Positions 38,231 to 47,508 of a DNA stretch of 64,000 bases are shown piece after piece. Position numbers and translations under genes: made by a program. This DNA comes from Trueperaceae bacterium (GTDB lineage: Bacteria; Deinococcota; Deinococci; Deinococcales; Trueperaceae). How positions within the stretch are numbered: the first letter of the stretch is position 1; every line of letters starts with the position of its first letter. The DNA is taken from NCBI GenBank assembly GCA_965214405.1, contig OZ243956.1, positions 2,336,001 through 2,400,000 of the forward strand, written 5' to 3'. Under the pieces are notes generated by a model, which was not told where the DNA came from, searched no databases, and saw nothing but the letters and a program-made list of their open reading frames with translations.

Positions 38231-38488
38231 ATGAACGAAACCAACGAGCGGCTTCGCAACGCCATCAAAAGCGCGCTGGCGGCGCGCGACGAGACCACGG
38301 CGGAATTTGCGCGAGATGCGGGACTCGAGCGCGCCTACCTAGACCGGCTCGTCTCGGGAGCCGAGGGGGGAGTGCCGGGACCCTTGCTCGAGGTTTTAGA
38401 GGCGTTGGACCTCGAGCTTACGGCGCGTCCAAAAGGGCAGGAGCAGGGGACGCTCTCAGAAATGATGCAGGACAACGCGCGGGGGTAA
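38231..38488 (+). CDS. Small XRE-like HTH protein
   Basis: TTAEFARDAGLERAYLDRL..G, LEALDLEL; leaderless TATACT box. Confidence 0.7.
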   Translation: MNETNERLRNAIKSALAARDETTAEFARDAGLERAYLDRLVSGAEGGVPGPLLEVLEALDLELTARPKGQEQGTLSEMMQDNARG

Positions 38489-38678
38489 GGTGCAGGCTGT
38501 AAGCACCGTGGGCGGCTCGAGCCCCAACCGGTGAGGTTTCTGTGCGCTGCCAAAGAGGTAGATGTGGTTTTATAAAGTAGCTTGGGCGCGGCACCTGCCG
38601 TTGGCCCAAAATGTAAGAGGTAATAAAACTTAAAACGACAAACGGGCGCAGGGCTGGCCCGCTGAGAGGGGTAAGAAC

Positions 38679-38876
38679 ATGGATTGGACGTGGAGTGCGA
38701 TTATAGGCGCGGTGCTGCTGGCGTTGAGCGTTTTCGCCTTTTTTTACGCCGCCAACTTAAGGCGGTCCAAGGGCGTCGAGGTGAGCGGCATGGGCGTGTT
38801 CGTCTTGTTGGGCTTTGGGCTTTTTGCGATGGGGAGTCTTCTCTTTTTGCTCGGGTTTTTGCAAAACCTCAATTGA
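38679..38876 (+). CDS. Small two-TM membrane protein
   Basis: 65 aa, two hydrophobic helices, GAGGGG RBS. Confidence 0.6.
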   Translation: MDWTWSAIIGAVLLALSVFAFFYAANLRRSKGVEVSGMGVFVLLGFGLFAMGSLLFLLGFLQNLN

Positions 38877-39021
38877 CCGGAGAAGCGTTTCAGATTTTGA
38901 TTAGGGAGTAAGGGAGAATAGCGGGGTGCTGTATTCCTGCTGTATTCCGCCTTCTCCCCCTATGTTTAGACCCCTCGGCAAGACGCGTCACGTAAGACAA
39001 CGTAAGACACCCTCTCGAGCC

Positions 39022-39573
39022 CTACCAGCCCTTGCGCCGTCTGCGCCCACGCGACCTGAGCTTAGAGCCGTGGTCGGGCCGGACGCCGTCGGCCACCAGG
39101 TGGAGCCACTGCGACAGGTAGTAGCCGACAAGCGCGCCGAGGGAGAGCTCGAGCGCGTTCTCCCGCCACTGCGCGCGGACGCTCAGGGTGACGCCGAAGG
39201 GAGAAAGCAGCGCCGCCGCGGCCCACGACAGGGCGAGCCCGACCATCACCATATACAAAAGCCGCGTGAGTGGCCCGACAAACCACGTGTGAGACAGTCC
39301 TCGGTGGCTGAAGAGTTCGCCGTAGGGCAACCACAAAAGACCCAGAAAGCCCCAGTAGCGCTTCGCGCGCACGTGATTTTCAGCCAGGTCGAGGTCGGGC
39401 GTGACCAAAAAGGTGCCGACGAGGTAACTCACGGTAAAAAGCGTGGCGGTTTCGGGCGCGAGCAGCACGTCGAAGCGGGCGGTGTATCCCTGCGCGCGCG
39501 CGAATGTGTAGGCCGCCGCCGCCGCGCCAAAGACGACTAGATTGATGGTTTCATGCGCGCGTCCGCTCGGCAT
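39022..39573 (-). CDS. DUF2227-like metal-binding membrane protein
   Basis: MPSGRAH, PDLDL, W.PY..LFSHRGLSH, WLHLVAD. Confidence 0.85.
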   Translation of the reverse strand: MPSGRAHETINLVVFGAAAAAYTFARAQGYTARFDVLLAPETATLFTVSYLVGTFLVTPDLDLAENHVRAKRYWGFLGLLWLPYGELFSHRGLSHTWFVGPLTRLLYMVMVGLALSWAAAALLSPFGVTLSVRAQWRENALELSLGALVGYYLSQWLHLVADGVRPDHGSKLRSRGRRRRKGW

Positions 39574-39674
39574 GAAACCACTATAAAGGGAGGGGCAGGA
39601 TTTTCTCGAGGAACTGGCTTACAGGCGGGAGAGGGTTCCCCCGCCTGTGTTTTTCTTGCGTTTTAGGATTGGGT

Positions 39675-42632
39675 CTAAAACTTGACGGTTTCTTGGACCG
39701 TTTGCACACCGTCCGAAAAGAGGAGTTCCAGCGTGTTCCCGTCCGGACGCAAGGTGACGAGGCCGCTCTTATCGATAGCCAAGACCTCAACGCCGCCACG
39801 CACCATCACCGCGTCGTAGCGCGCCGCGTCCCAGCGCACTTCAACCCCACCGTTACCGAGACGCGTGACCTGGGTGGGGCGTAGCGACTGCGGAGAGATG
39901 CGCGTGGACGTTTCCGCCATGACGACACCCCTTTGCTCGACCTGCAGGGAAGCAAGCTCCGCCGCTCGAGCCGCATTCAGCGGAACCGAAAAGGAGAACC
40001 CGGCGCGCGCTCCGGCCTCGTCATGCGAGGACGTTGCAAACACGCCGAAGGGCACGCTGAAGAGTTCTCTTCCCGACGCGTCTAAGCCTAGCAGCGTGTA
40101 AGGACCCGGCGCGGGCGGTTGGGGTGTGGTGACGAGGCTAAAGGCCGGGCCTAAGCTCAGGTTGCCGTTTTGCAGGCTGCCGCTCACGAGTAAAACGTTG
40201 GACTTAGACGCGGACACGCTCAGCGTTTGGATGCGCGCTTGGGACTGCGCCTGCTGCCGGAACGCGAGCACGCCCTTATACGTATAGTCGCTAATCCAGC
40301 GCGGGCCGCAGTAGCTCATGAGGTCGGCGTATTTGGCGGGGTCGCGCAAGTTCCCGTCATTCATATCAAAACCCCAGACGCCCGTCCGGGCGTTTTGGTA
40401 AGGATACGACGCGTCTGCGTTGCTCACGCTGCAAGGCGCGTGTTCGCGGCCCCAGGTGTGACCGAATTCGTGCGCGGCGACCTCGCCCCGGCTTCGCGGG
40501 TCGTCCCAACCGACGGCAACCGGAAAGCCTATCCAGCCCAAGCCCGACACGCCGCTCGAGTACCAGGGATCGACCACCGCGTAATAAAGGTCGTCGCTTC
40601 CGTCAGCGCCGCGCAACGTGGTGACGGCGCGCAAGAGCTCGTCCCAGCCTTCGTCGGTGCGAAGGTCGCCGTCAAAGGCGTAAGGACTATGAATCTTTAT
40701 GTTGACCTCGCCCAGCGGGTGCATCCGGCGCGCGGCGTCTAAATAGGCATTTTTGGTGCTGTTGGTGATGGTCGGCGTGATGCTGCCGTAGGTCACGGGC
40801 ACGAGGGTAACGTTGAGCGCGGGCGCTTTTTGCACAACCAGCGCCGCGTAACCCGAGGCCGGATAGCGGTTGTTGCTCTCGTTCGTTTCGGCCACCGCGT
40901 TGTCGGGGTCCACCTCGAGATAGACCTCTAAGCCCGGACGCAAGAACGCCGTATCGAGCGTTGCGTTAAAGGTGCCTTTGAGGTCGCCCTCGCGCGGCGT
41001 CGCGGGGACGTTCTTGGGTCCTTTGAGGTCGAGCGTGCCCTCTTTACCCGAGGCGTCGCGGTAGTGAAGCCGCACGGTCGTGCTGATGTTTGACGCGTCT
41101 GCGGAGATGAACGCGCGCGCCAGGCCGCCGCGCCCCGCGATGAGCGGGATGCGGTCCCCGGCGGCGCGGCTCGAGTCCGCGGCGGGCACCGCCTGGTTGA
41201 TGTAAAAGCGCGTCAGCGCCAAGTCCACTGTGGGCGTGGTCGGGGGCGTGGTCGGGGGCGTGGTCGGGGGCGTCGGGTCGGGTGTCGGCTCGGCGCAGCG
41301 GCGCGTGAGGGTGAGCTGGGAGCTAGCGCCGCTACCCTCGACCGTCAGCGTGCCCGTCGCCTCTCCGCTCGCGTCACAAGACACCGTCAGCGGCAGATTG
41401 ACCGACCCGCCCACCTTGAGCGTGCCCGCGCCGGAGGCGAAAGTCAACCAGCCCCGGTCGCTCGTCACGCGGTAGTCGCCGCTCGCGTCGCCGACGTTCT
41501 TGAGCGTGGCCTGGGCGGTGGCGCTCGAGCCCACCGTGCCCGACACACTCAAGGCTTCCGGCGCTAGCTCCCAGCGCGCGCGCGCCGCCTCGCCGCAACG
41601 CAGCGTCACAGCGAGCGTCCGGCTCGGGGTGGTGGGGTCGTCTCCCCTCACGGTGACGGTCGCTCTTTTCTCCCCCACCTCGGTGCAGGTCGCGCGCGCG
41701 TCGACTTCGACGTCCGCGCCCGGCGCCAAGGTGCCGTTGGCGGTGCTCAGCTCGAGCCCATTGGTCCCAGTGAGGGTGTAGCGCAGCGGCGCGTTGCCGC
41801 CGTTTGAAAACCCGAAGCGGCCCGCCGCTTTTTCGCCGACCCTTGCGGAGAGCGTGAGGGGGTTCGGCGCGAGCGCGCTCAGGATGGGCTGCGGGGTGGA
41901 CGGCGGCGCTTTGCAAATCAGGCGCACCGTGAGGGTCGCGTCCGGCGTGGGCGCGTCCGAAGAGACGGTGACGGTTGTTTCCAGGGTAGCCGCGGACGCC
42001 GGACAGGTGGCTTGCAAGGGCACCTCGGCGCCCGCCCCCGGCTTGAGCGTGCCTTCGCGCGTTTCCAACCCTAGCCAAGCGGCCTCGTCAGGCACGGCGA
42101 GCGTGTAGCTTAGAAGCGCGTCCCCCTGGTTGGAAAAACCGAAGCGGCTTGCGACCGTTTGACCGTTATAGGTTTCTAGCTCGAGCGCCTCGGGCGACAG
42201 CACCCCGAGCACGGGCCGAGGGGCCGCCTCGCAAGAGAGGCTTACGCTGATCTCCTCAGAAGACGCGTTCGACTGAAGCGTCAGATTTGTCGTTTGCTCC
42301 GTTTCGCCAGCGTCTGGGCAGGTTGCTCTAAGTTCGACGGTCGCCACCCCGCTTGGTGCGAGCGTGCCCTCTTGGCCCGACGTCACCTCGAGCCAAGCTG
42401 CACCGGACTTGGTAACGCTGTACGTGAGAGGAACGTTCCCACTGTTTTGAAACCCGAACGATTTTGTAACCGTTGCCCCGGCCCCGGCCTCGAGGCGCAC
42501 CTCCGACACCAGATTGCTCAGCGTGGCCCCCCCCTGCGGCGTCTCCTCATTGGAGCAAGCGACCAACGCCGCCATCACCCAGAAGGATCTGAGAAGCCTA
42601 ACCCTATTCATGCTTAGAGGTGAACGTTTCAA
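39675..42632 (-). CDS. Large lipoprotein: four Ig-like repeats, Pro/Thr linker, M66-like zinc metalloprotease domain
   Basis: LVAC lipobox; repeated F.N.G...L.Y...W...G.L.PG...A.C modules; PTTPP repeats; AHEFGHTWGREHAPC and DLMSYC. Confidence 0.8.
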   Translation of the reverse strand: MKRSPLSMNRVRLLRSFWVMAALVACSNEETPQGGATLSNLVSEVRLEAGAGATVTKSFGFQNSGNVPLTYSVTKSGAAWLEVTSGQEGTLAPSGVATVELRATCPDAGETEQTTNLTLQSNASSEEISVSLSCEAAPRPVLGVLSPEALELETYNGQTVASRFGFSNQGDALLSYTLAVPDEAAWLGLETREGTLKPGAGAEVPLQATCPASAATLETTVTVSSDAPTPDATLTVRLICKAPPSTPQPILSALAPNPLTLSARVGEKAAGRFGFSNGGNAPLRYTLTGTNGLELSTANGTLAPGADVEVDARATCTEVGEKRATVTVRGDDPTTPSRTLAVTLRCGEAARARWELAPEALSVSGTVGSSATAQATLKNVGDASGDYRVTSDRGWLTFASGAGTLKVGGSVNLPLTVSCDASGEATGTLTVEGSGASSQLTLTRRCAEPTPDPTPPTTPPTTPPTTPTVDLALTRFYINQAVPAADSSRAAGDRIPLIAGRGGLARAFISADASNISTTVRLHYRDASGKEGTLDLKGPKNVPATPREGDLKGTFNATLDTAFLRPGLEVYLEVDPDNAVAETNESNNRYPASGYAALVVQKAPALNVTLVPVTYGSITPTITNSTKNAYLDAARRMHPLGEVNIKIHSPYAFDGDLRTDEGWDELLRAVTTLRGADGSDDLYYAVVDPWYSSGVSGLGWIGFPVAVGWDDPRSRGEVAAHEFGHTWGREHAPCSVSNADASYPYQNARTGVWGFDMNDGNLRDPAKYADLMSYCGPRWISDYTYKGVLAFRQQAQSQARIQTLSVSASKSNVLLVSGSLQNGNLSLGPAFSLVTTPQPPAPGPYTLLGLDASGRELFSVPFGVFATSSHDEAGARAGFSFSVPLNAARAAELASLQVEQRGVVMAETSTRISPQSLRPTQVTRLGNGGVEVRWDAARYDAVMVRGGVEVLAIDKSGLVTLRPDGNTLELLFSDGVQTVQETVKF

Positions 42633-42642
42633 AAGCTACCCT

Positions 42643-42716
42643 TTCTAAAACCGTATTGTTCTAAAACTACATCTCTGAAACTACACTGTTCTAAAACCAC
42701 ACTGTTCAGATACACT
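42643..42716. repeat. Four to five ~16-bp tandem repeats upstream of the lipoprotein gene
   Basis: ttctaaaaccgtattg / ttctaaaactacatc / tctgaaactacactg / ttctaaaaccacactg / ttcagatacact. Confidence 0.75.
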
Positions 42717-43255
42717 ACCGGGGCACCTGCTCGCATCGTCTTCTCGTTCTGACGCACGGAAAAGAGCGTCCCGCAATACCCAAACGGCTCCTGAACGCGC
42801 CTGATTTACGACGCGATAGAGCGCCCAATAACCTTTCCTAAGTGTAGCTTAAAATTAGAGAATGATGTGAAGAACGGCACCACGTGTGAAAAATCGCACG
42901 TTACCGACTCCGTAAGAGCGCGAATCCGCCAGCGTGTGGATTTTTGTGAATAGCGTGGCATCTTCATAAGCGTGTCCGGTCAGGCCGGTGGAGAAAGCCG
43001 CCAAGGAGGCTGGACCATGCGCCGCAGGGCCAGTGAGAGGCAAAACCGGAGCAGGGCGGTACTTTCCGGTATGAGCTTACCTCGCTTTCGTGAGAACAGA
43101 TGATGGTTGACCCGGTCTCACGTTGGAGCTAGGCGTAAACCCTCGAGCGCCAAACCGTTACGCTCTCACCTGACGCTCCCTCCAGACTGTGGGATGGCGT
43201 GAAGTGCCGCGCGGCGAAACCTTTTAGGATGACGACACATGCGAAAGGAGATTCT

Positions 43256-44233
43256 ATGTACGTTCGTCATCCTGTGATCCTCTGCTTAAGCCTCATTTCC
43301 GCCCTCATGCTCACGGTGGGCGCAGCCCAGCCCGAGCCGAACAGCTACGTCCTCCCCGGTGACGCGGTTTTTCCCGAGGGCGTTACGGTTGATGAAAGCG
43401 CGAACACCTTTTACGTCGGCAGCACAACCGACGGCACCCTTTTCACGGGGAACATAGACACGGGCAAGGTGAGCGTATTCGCCGAAAGCACGCAGCCCAC
43501 CGCCATCGGCATGGCCCTGAACGCAGGAAGGCTCGTCGTGGCGGGCGGAGACAGCGGCAACGTGTACGTCTACAACGCCCAAACCGGTGAGCTGCTCGAG
43601 ACCCTCAACACCCCCGAGACCGACAGCACCTTCTTAAACGACGTCGCCTTTACCCCCTCCGGCGACGCTTTTGTGACCGATTCGCAGCGTCCGGTGCTCT
43701 TCAAGATTCCGGGCACTTCGGGGATGAGCGGCAACGCCGCGGGTGGTGTGGGTACGGGCGGCGCGGGTGAAGGCGCGGGGATTGAGGCGTGGCTCGAGTT
43801 TTCAGGCACGCCCCTCACCTACCAAGAAGGGTTCAATCTCAACGGTATTGCGTCAACCTCCGACGGGCAGTACCTCATCGTCGTGCAGTCAAATACAGGC
43901 AAACTCTTCCGCATCAATATAAAAACAAAAGAGGTGACCGAGATTGACCTGGGCGGCGACACCCTCATGGCGGGTGACGGCATCTTGTTGGACGGTCAAA
44001 CGCTCTTTGTCACGCGCAACTCCGCCGGGCTCATCGTGCCGGTGACGCTCGCTGACGACTACAGCTCGGGCACTCTCGGCGAAGGCTTTGGCGATCCCTC
44101 GTTTATCTATCCGACGACGATTGCCAAGGCGGGCGACACGCTGTTGGTCGTCAACTCGCAGTTCAACAACCGCGGCGAGGGTGTGAGCCCAGAATTGCCC
44201 TTTACGGTCTCGCGCGTCGCCATTCCCCAGTAA
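43256..44233 (+). CDS. Secreted SMP-30/gluconolactonase-like beta-propeller protein
   Basis: Signal peptide, FPEGV, FLNDV, NLNGI, GDGILL, PTTIA; RBS AAAGGAGA. Confidence 0.8.
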   Translation: MYVRHPVILCLSLISALMLTVGAAQPEPNSYVLPGDAVFPEGVTVDESANTFYVGSTTDGTLFTGNIDTGKVSVFAESTQPTAIGMALNAGRLVVAGGDSGNVYVYNAQTGELLETLNTPETDSTFLNDVAFTPSGDAFVTDSQRPVLFKIPGTSGMSGNAAGGVGTGGAGEGAGIEAWLEFSGTPLTYQEGFNLNGIASTSDGQYLIVVQSNTGKLFRINIKTKEVTEIDLGGDTLMAGDGILLDGQTLFVTRNSAGLIVPVTLADDYSSGTLGEGFGDPSFIYPTTIAKAGDTLLVVNSQFNNRGEGVSPELPFTVSRVAIPQ

Positions 44234-44280
44234 ACATGAACAGTGAATATGAGAACCGTTCTTTGCTCACGTTTTCCTGA

Positions 44281-45255
44281 ATGATCGACGTTTTAGTTAT
44301 CGGCGCGGGCGTGGCGGGACTCACCGCCGCGCGCGCGCTTCAAAAAGCCGGTCGGGAGGTGGTGGTGCTCGAGAAGAGCCGCGGCTTGGGCGGTCGCGCG
44401 GCGACGCGCACCGTCAGAAGCAGCCGCGTAGACCACGGCGCGCAGTTTTTTACCGTTCGGGATGCGCGGTTCGAGGCGCAGGCGGACGCGTGGCAAAAGG
44501 CGGGCCACGTTGCCGTGTGGTCGGAGGGCTTTCACACGCTCTCTCCGGGAGGGCTCGAGGCACCCAGCGACGGCCACCCCCGCTACATCTTCCCGACAGG
44601 CATGAACACCTTCGGCAAACTTTTGGGTGAGGGGCTGACGGTAAAACGGCAAACACGCGTGACGCGAATACTCAAAAACGACGCTTGGCGCGCCGAGACG
44701 GCAGGGGGAGAGACGTTCAGCGCGCGCCGTCTCATCATCAACACGCCGCCGGAGCAGGCGCTCGAGCTTTGCCGTGACGTTGATTTGAGCGAGGGTACGC
44801 GTAAAACGCTCGAGGCCGTTGCTTTCACCTCTTGTTTTACAGTTATCGCAGGCTATCCCCCAGAACGCACCCCCGAGTGGCGCGGCGTCACGGTGGAAGA
44901 GGACGCGGTTCTTTCTTGGGTAAGTCACGATAGTTCTAAACGCGCCGCGCCCGAGGAGACCGTAGTAGTGCTCCACAGCACGCCCGCGTTCGCGCATGGG
45001 CACTACAACGACGACCCAAAAGAAATCGAAAAGAGGATGCTTCACGCCGCCCGTCCTTTGGGCGACTGGATACCCGAACCTTTGTGGACGGACGGGCAAC
45101 GCTGGCGCTACAGCATGGTAACCGAACCCTATGAAAAACCTTTTCTCGAGGATTCCGAAAACAAACTTCTCTTCTGCGGCGACTGGTGCGGCGGGGCGAA
45201 GCTCGAGGCCGCTTACCTCTCAGGGCTTGCGGTTGCTGAGGCGGGGCTCGAGTAG
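44281..45255 (+). CDS. Renalase-like NAD(P)/FAD oxidoreductase
   Basis: IGAGVAGL, EKSRGLGGR.ATR, DHGAQFF, RWRYS, CGDWC. Confidence 0.88.
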   Translation: MIDVLVIGAGVAGLTAARALQKAGREVVVLEKSRGLGGRAATRTVRSSRVDHGAQFFTVRDARFEAQADAWQKAGHVAVWSEGFHTLSPGGLEAPSDGHPRYIFPTGMNTFGKLLGEGLTVKRQTRVTRILKNDAWRAETAGGETFSARRLIINTPPEQALELCRDVDLSEGTRKTLEAVAFTSCFTVIAGYPPERTPEWRGVTVEEDAVLSWVSHDSSKRAAPEETVVVLHSTPAFAHGHYNDDPKEIEKRMLHAARPLGDWIPEPLWTDGQRWRYSMVTEPYEKPFLEDSENKLLFCGDWCGGAKLEAAYLSGLAVAEAGLE

Positions 45256-45297
45256 GACGTAACGCAACCGTCTCAGCTCACGTGATTTCCTCTGAAC

Positions 45298-45323
45298 GCG
45301 CCACCTCAACAAGGTGGCGTTTT
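45298..45323 (+). terminator. Intrinsic terminator
   Basis: GCGCCACCT-caaca-AGGTGGCGT-TTT. Confidence 0.6.
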
Positions 45324-45473
45324 ACATGTCCGGACCGTGGGCGAAAGGCTCGAGCCGCGTCCGTTTCCTCATCCAAAAGTGTGATGACGTACCCTTCCCC
45401 AGCCCCTACACTGGGTTCATAAGCGTCCGGACGAACCGGACGACTCGCCTAAAGAAGACCAAAGGAGCGCATT

Positions 45474-45818
45474 ATGGACCAGGAAAAAGCGACTCGGGAC
45501 ACCAACGACACCGCCAACAACGAAGGCCACAGCGTCACAACCGAGGAGTACAAGCTGAGCGGCGAGACGGTTCTCGCCAAGGTGAGAGAGATCGTGCGCG
45601 AGGGCAACGTCCGCCGCATCACCCTCAAGAACGACGAAGGCCGGACGCTCATCGAGATTCCTCTGACCATCGGCGTGGTCGGCGCGGTTCTCCTGCCCGT
45701 CTGGGCCGCCATCGGGGCCATCGCCGCGCTCGCCGCCGACCTGACCCTCAAGGTGGAGCGCAGGGGAGCGCAGGAAGATAACGACGACATACAGAAAGTC
45801 AGCGACATCCCGTCCTAA
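45474..45818 (+). CDS. DUF4342 family protein
   Basis: KVREIVREGNVRRI..K...GRTLIEIPLTIG. Confidence 0.85.
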   Translation: MDQEKATRDTNDTANNEGHSVTTEEYKLSGETVLAKVREIVREGNVRRITLKNDEGRTLIEIPLTIGVVGAVLLPVWAAIGAIAALAADLTLKVERRGAQEDNDDIQKVSDIPS

Positions 45819-45845
45819 GGATGCTTCGAGCCTAGAAAGGAAACT

Positions 45846-46115
45846 ATGAACAACACGAACCTACAGAACGTTTCGCGCGGCCTCTTGCGCGGGGTGAGCC
45901 GCCTCTGGCGAGAAGGCAACCGCCGCCAGTTCGTCCTTAAAGGACAGGACAGCCGCACCTTTTTACGCCTCCCCCTCATACTCGCGGCTTTTTTCACGCT
46001 CTTCTTACTTTGGAAGGCCGCCCCGCTCCTCATCGTCGCCATCGTCACCGCGTTCGTGCTCAAGATGCAGTTTGTCATCACGAAAGAGGTGAGTTCCGGG
46101 GGACCTGGAGCTTAA
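45846..46115 (+). CDS. Divergent DUF4342-like small membrane protein
   Basis: LWREGNRRQFVLK...RTFLRLPL parallels the preceding ORF. Confidence 0.65.
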   Translation: MNNTNLQNVSRGLLRGVSRLWREGNRRQFVLKGQDSRTFLRLPLILAAFFTLFLLWKAAPLLIVAIVTAFVLKMQFVITKEVSSGGPGA

Positions 46116-46142
46116 CCCTGTATTCTTAGCTCTAAAGGCGGC

Positions 46143-46859
46143 TCACGAGGCCGTCTTTTTCTTGTGAAGGAGCGTGTGGAGGAGGAGCTCGAGCTCATCC
46201 AAGTCACGCACCCGCCCATCACTCAGGTCATCACGCAAACGTATTTCCCTGGTGCCGAGGGTCGGCGGCCCCTCCCGCGCAATATGAACGGTTGTCATGC
46301 CCAGCGCTCGAGCGCCCCTGATATCCGCTTCCGCATGGTCGCCAATCATCAGCGCGTGCTCGGGTGCTACGTTAAGGCGTTCGCAAGCGAGGTGGAAAAT
46401 ACGCGGGTTGGGCTTTCGCACTCCCACGTCCGCCGCGCCGGAGATGACAAGCGCTTTGAAAACGTGGGCGACGCCAACGTTATGAATCCCTGCACGCTGC
46501 ATGTCTTCGGGTCCGTTGGTGATGAGAGCCAATGGCACGTGCGCGGCGCAGAATTCCAAGACCTCCCGCGCCCCCGGCAGGAGCTTTACTCCCATTCCGT
46601 AGCGGTTGACCGCCCTCGAGACGATACCTTCAAGGTTTTCAGGAATGGGCAGCTCGAGCCCCTCAAACATCGCCAATAACGCGCTGTAAAGTGTGACCGC
46701 GCCTTCACGACGTGAATGTTTAGAAAGGAGGCCCGCGAAAGGCTCGAGGTGGTGGGGCTCGAGCTTTAATTCTTTGCGTAATTCGTCTGCGTATCTGTTA
46801 AAGTCGCCGTCAAAATGCGCCAGTGTGCCGTCAAAGTCGAAGCAAATAGCGCGAATCAC
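46143..46859 (-). CDS. HAD family hydrolase
   Basis: FDFDGTL, ITNG, RKPNPRIF, IGDH...DI.GA. Confidence 0.9.
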   Translation of the reverse strand: MIRAICFDFDGTLAHFDGDFNRYADELRKELKLEPHHLEPFAGLLSKHSRREGAVTLYSALLAMFEGLELPIPENLEGIVSRAVNRYGMGVKLLPGAREVLEFCAAHVPLALITNGPEDMQRAGIHNVGVAHVFKALVISGAADVGVRKPNPRIFHLACERLNVAPEHALMIGDHAEADIRGARALGMTTVHIAREGPPTLGTREIRLRDDLSDGRVRDLDELELLLHTLLHKKKTAS

Positions 46860-47389
46860 GAGTGAGAAACGAGAATATCCTCTACCGCTAGCTCAAAGCC
46901 GGGAAATAGTGAGACTGAAAGCGTGTCATCCGCTTCAAACACCTCATGCTCTCCCTCCTCCCAGACGTGAACCATCTCAGCCTCGAGATCAATAATCCAG
47001 TAGAGCCGCACGCCGTACTTCTGGTAACGCTTGAGTTTAAGCGTGAAGTCTCGCTTGCGCGTAGATGGCGACGTGACTTCAATCAACCAGTCGGGCGCAC
47101 CTTCAACACCGCGTTCGCTGATGATGGACGCCCGTTCGTTCGATATGTATAGAATGTCGGGTTCGGTAACGTCATCTCCAAAGATGACATCCAGAGGGGC
47201 AACAAACACCTGTCCCATAGGATTTTCGTGAAGATAAAGGCTGATATAAAAAGCAAGATTTGTAACCACACGCTGGTGTCTGCTGGTAGGTGATGGCGTC
47301 ACATAAACCTCCCCGTCTAAAAGCTCTCGCCGTAGACCGTCATCGGGGAAAAGCTGTAGGTCTTCGTAAGAAAAGCGCACCTGGGTCAT
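46856..47389 (-). CDS. Uma2 family endonuclease-like protein
   Basis: PDDGLRRELLDG...TPSP..RHQ, EPDI, GAPDWLIEVTSPST, YWIID; TAAACT before the ATG at 47389. Confidence 0.88.
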   Translation of the reverse strand: MTQVRFSYEDLQLFPDDGLRRELLDGEVYVTPSPTSRHQRVVTNLAFYISLYLHENPMGQVFVAPLDVIFGDDVTEPDILYISNERASIISERGVEGAPDWLIEVTSPSTRKRDFTLKLKRYQKYGVRLYWIIDLEAEMVHVWEEGEHEVFEADDTLSVSLFPGFELAVEDILVSHS

Positions 47390-47508
47390 GAGGGAGTTTA
47401 GCACGGGCTGGGGCGGGCTTAAAGAGCCCACTTGAGACATAACCTCGTCCCCGACACTCTTCCCTCGCACCGACGGATACCCCCCCGCCGAGGCGGTATG
47501 ATGAATTT

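Noticed and set aside
38231..38876. XRE plus small membrane protein as a prophage remnant or TA pair
   Set aside because: No integrase, att site or toxin motif, and codon usage is host-like.
42643..42716. Tandem repeats as a CRISPR array
   Set aside because: Units are about 16 bp, contiguous, have no unique spacers, and no cas genes are present; the same applies to 26032-26076 and 27079-27116.
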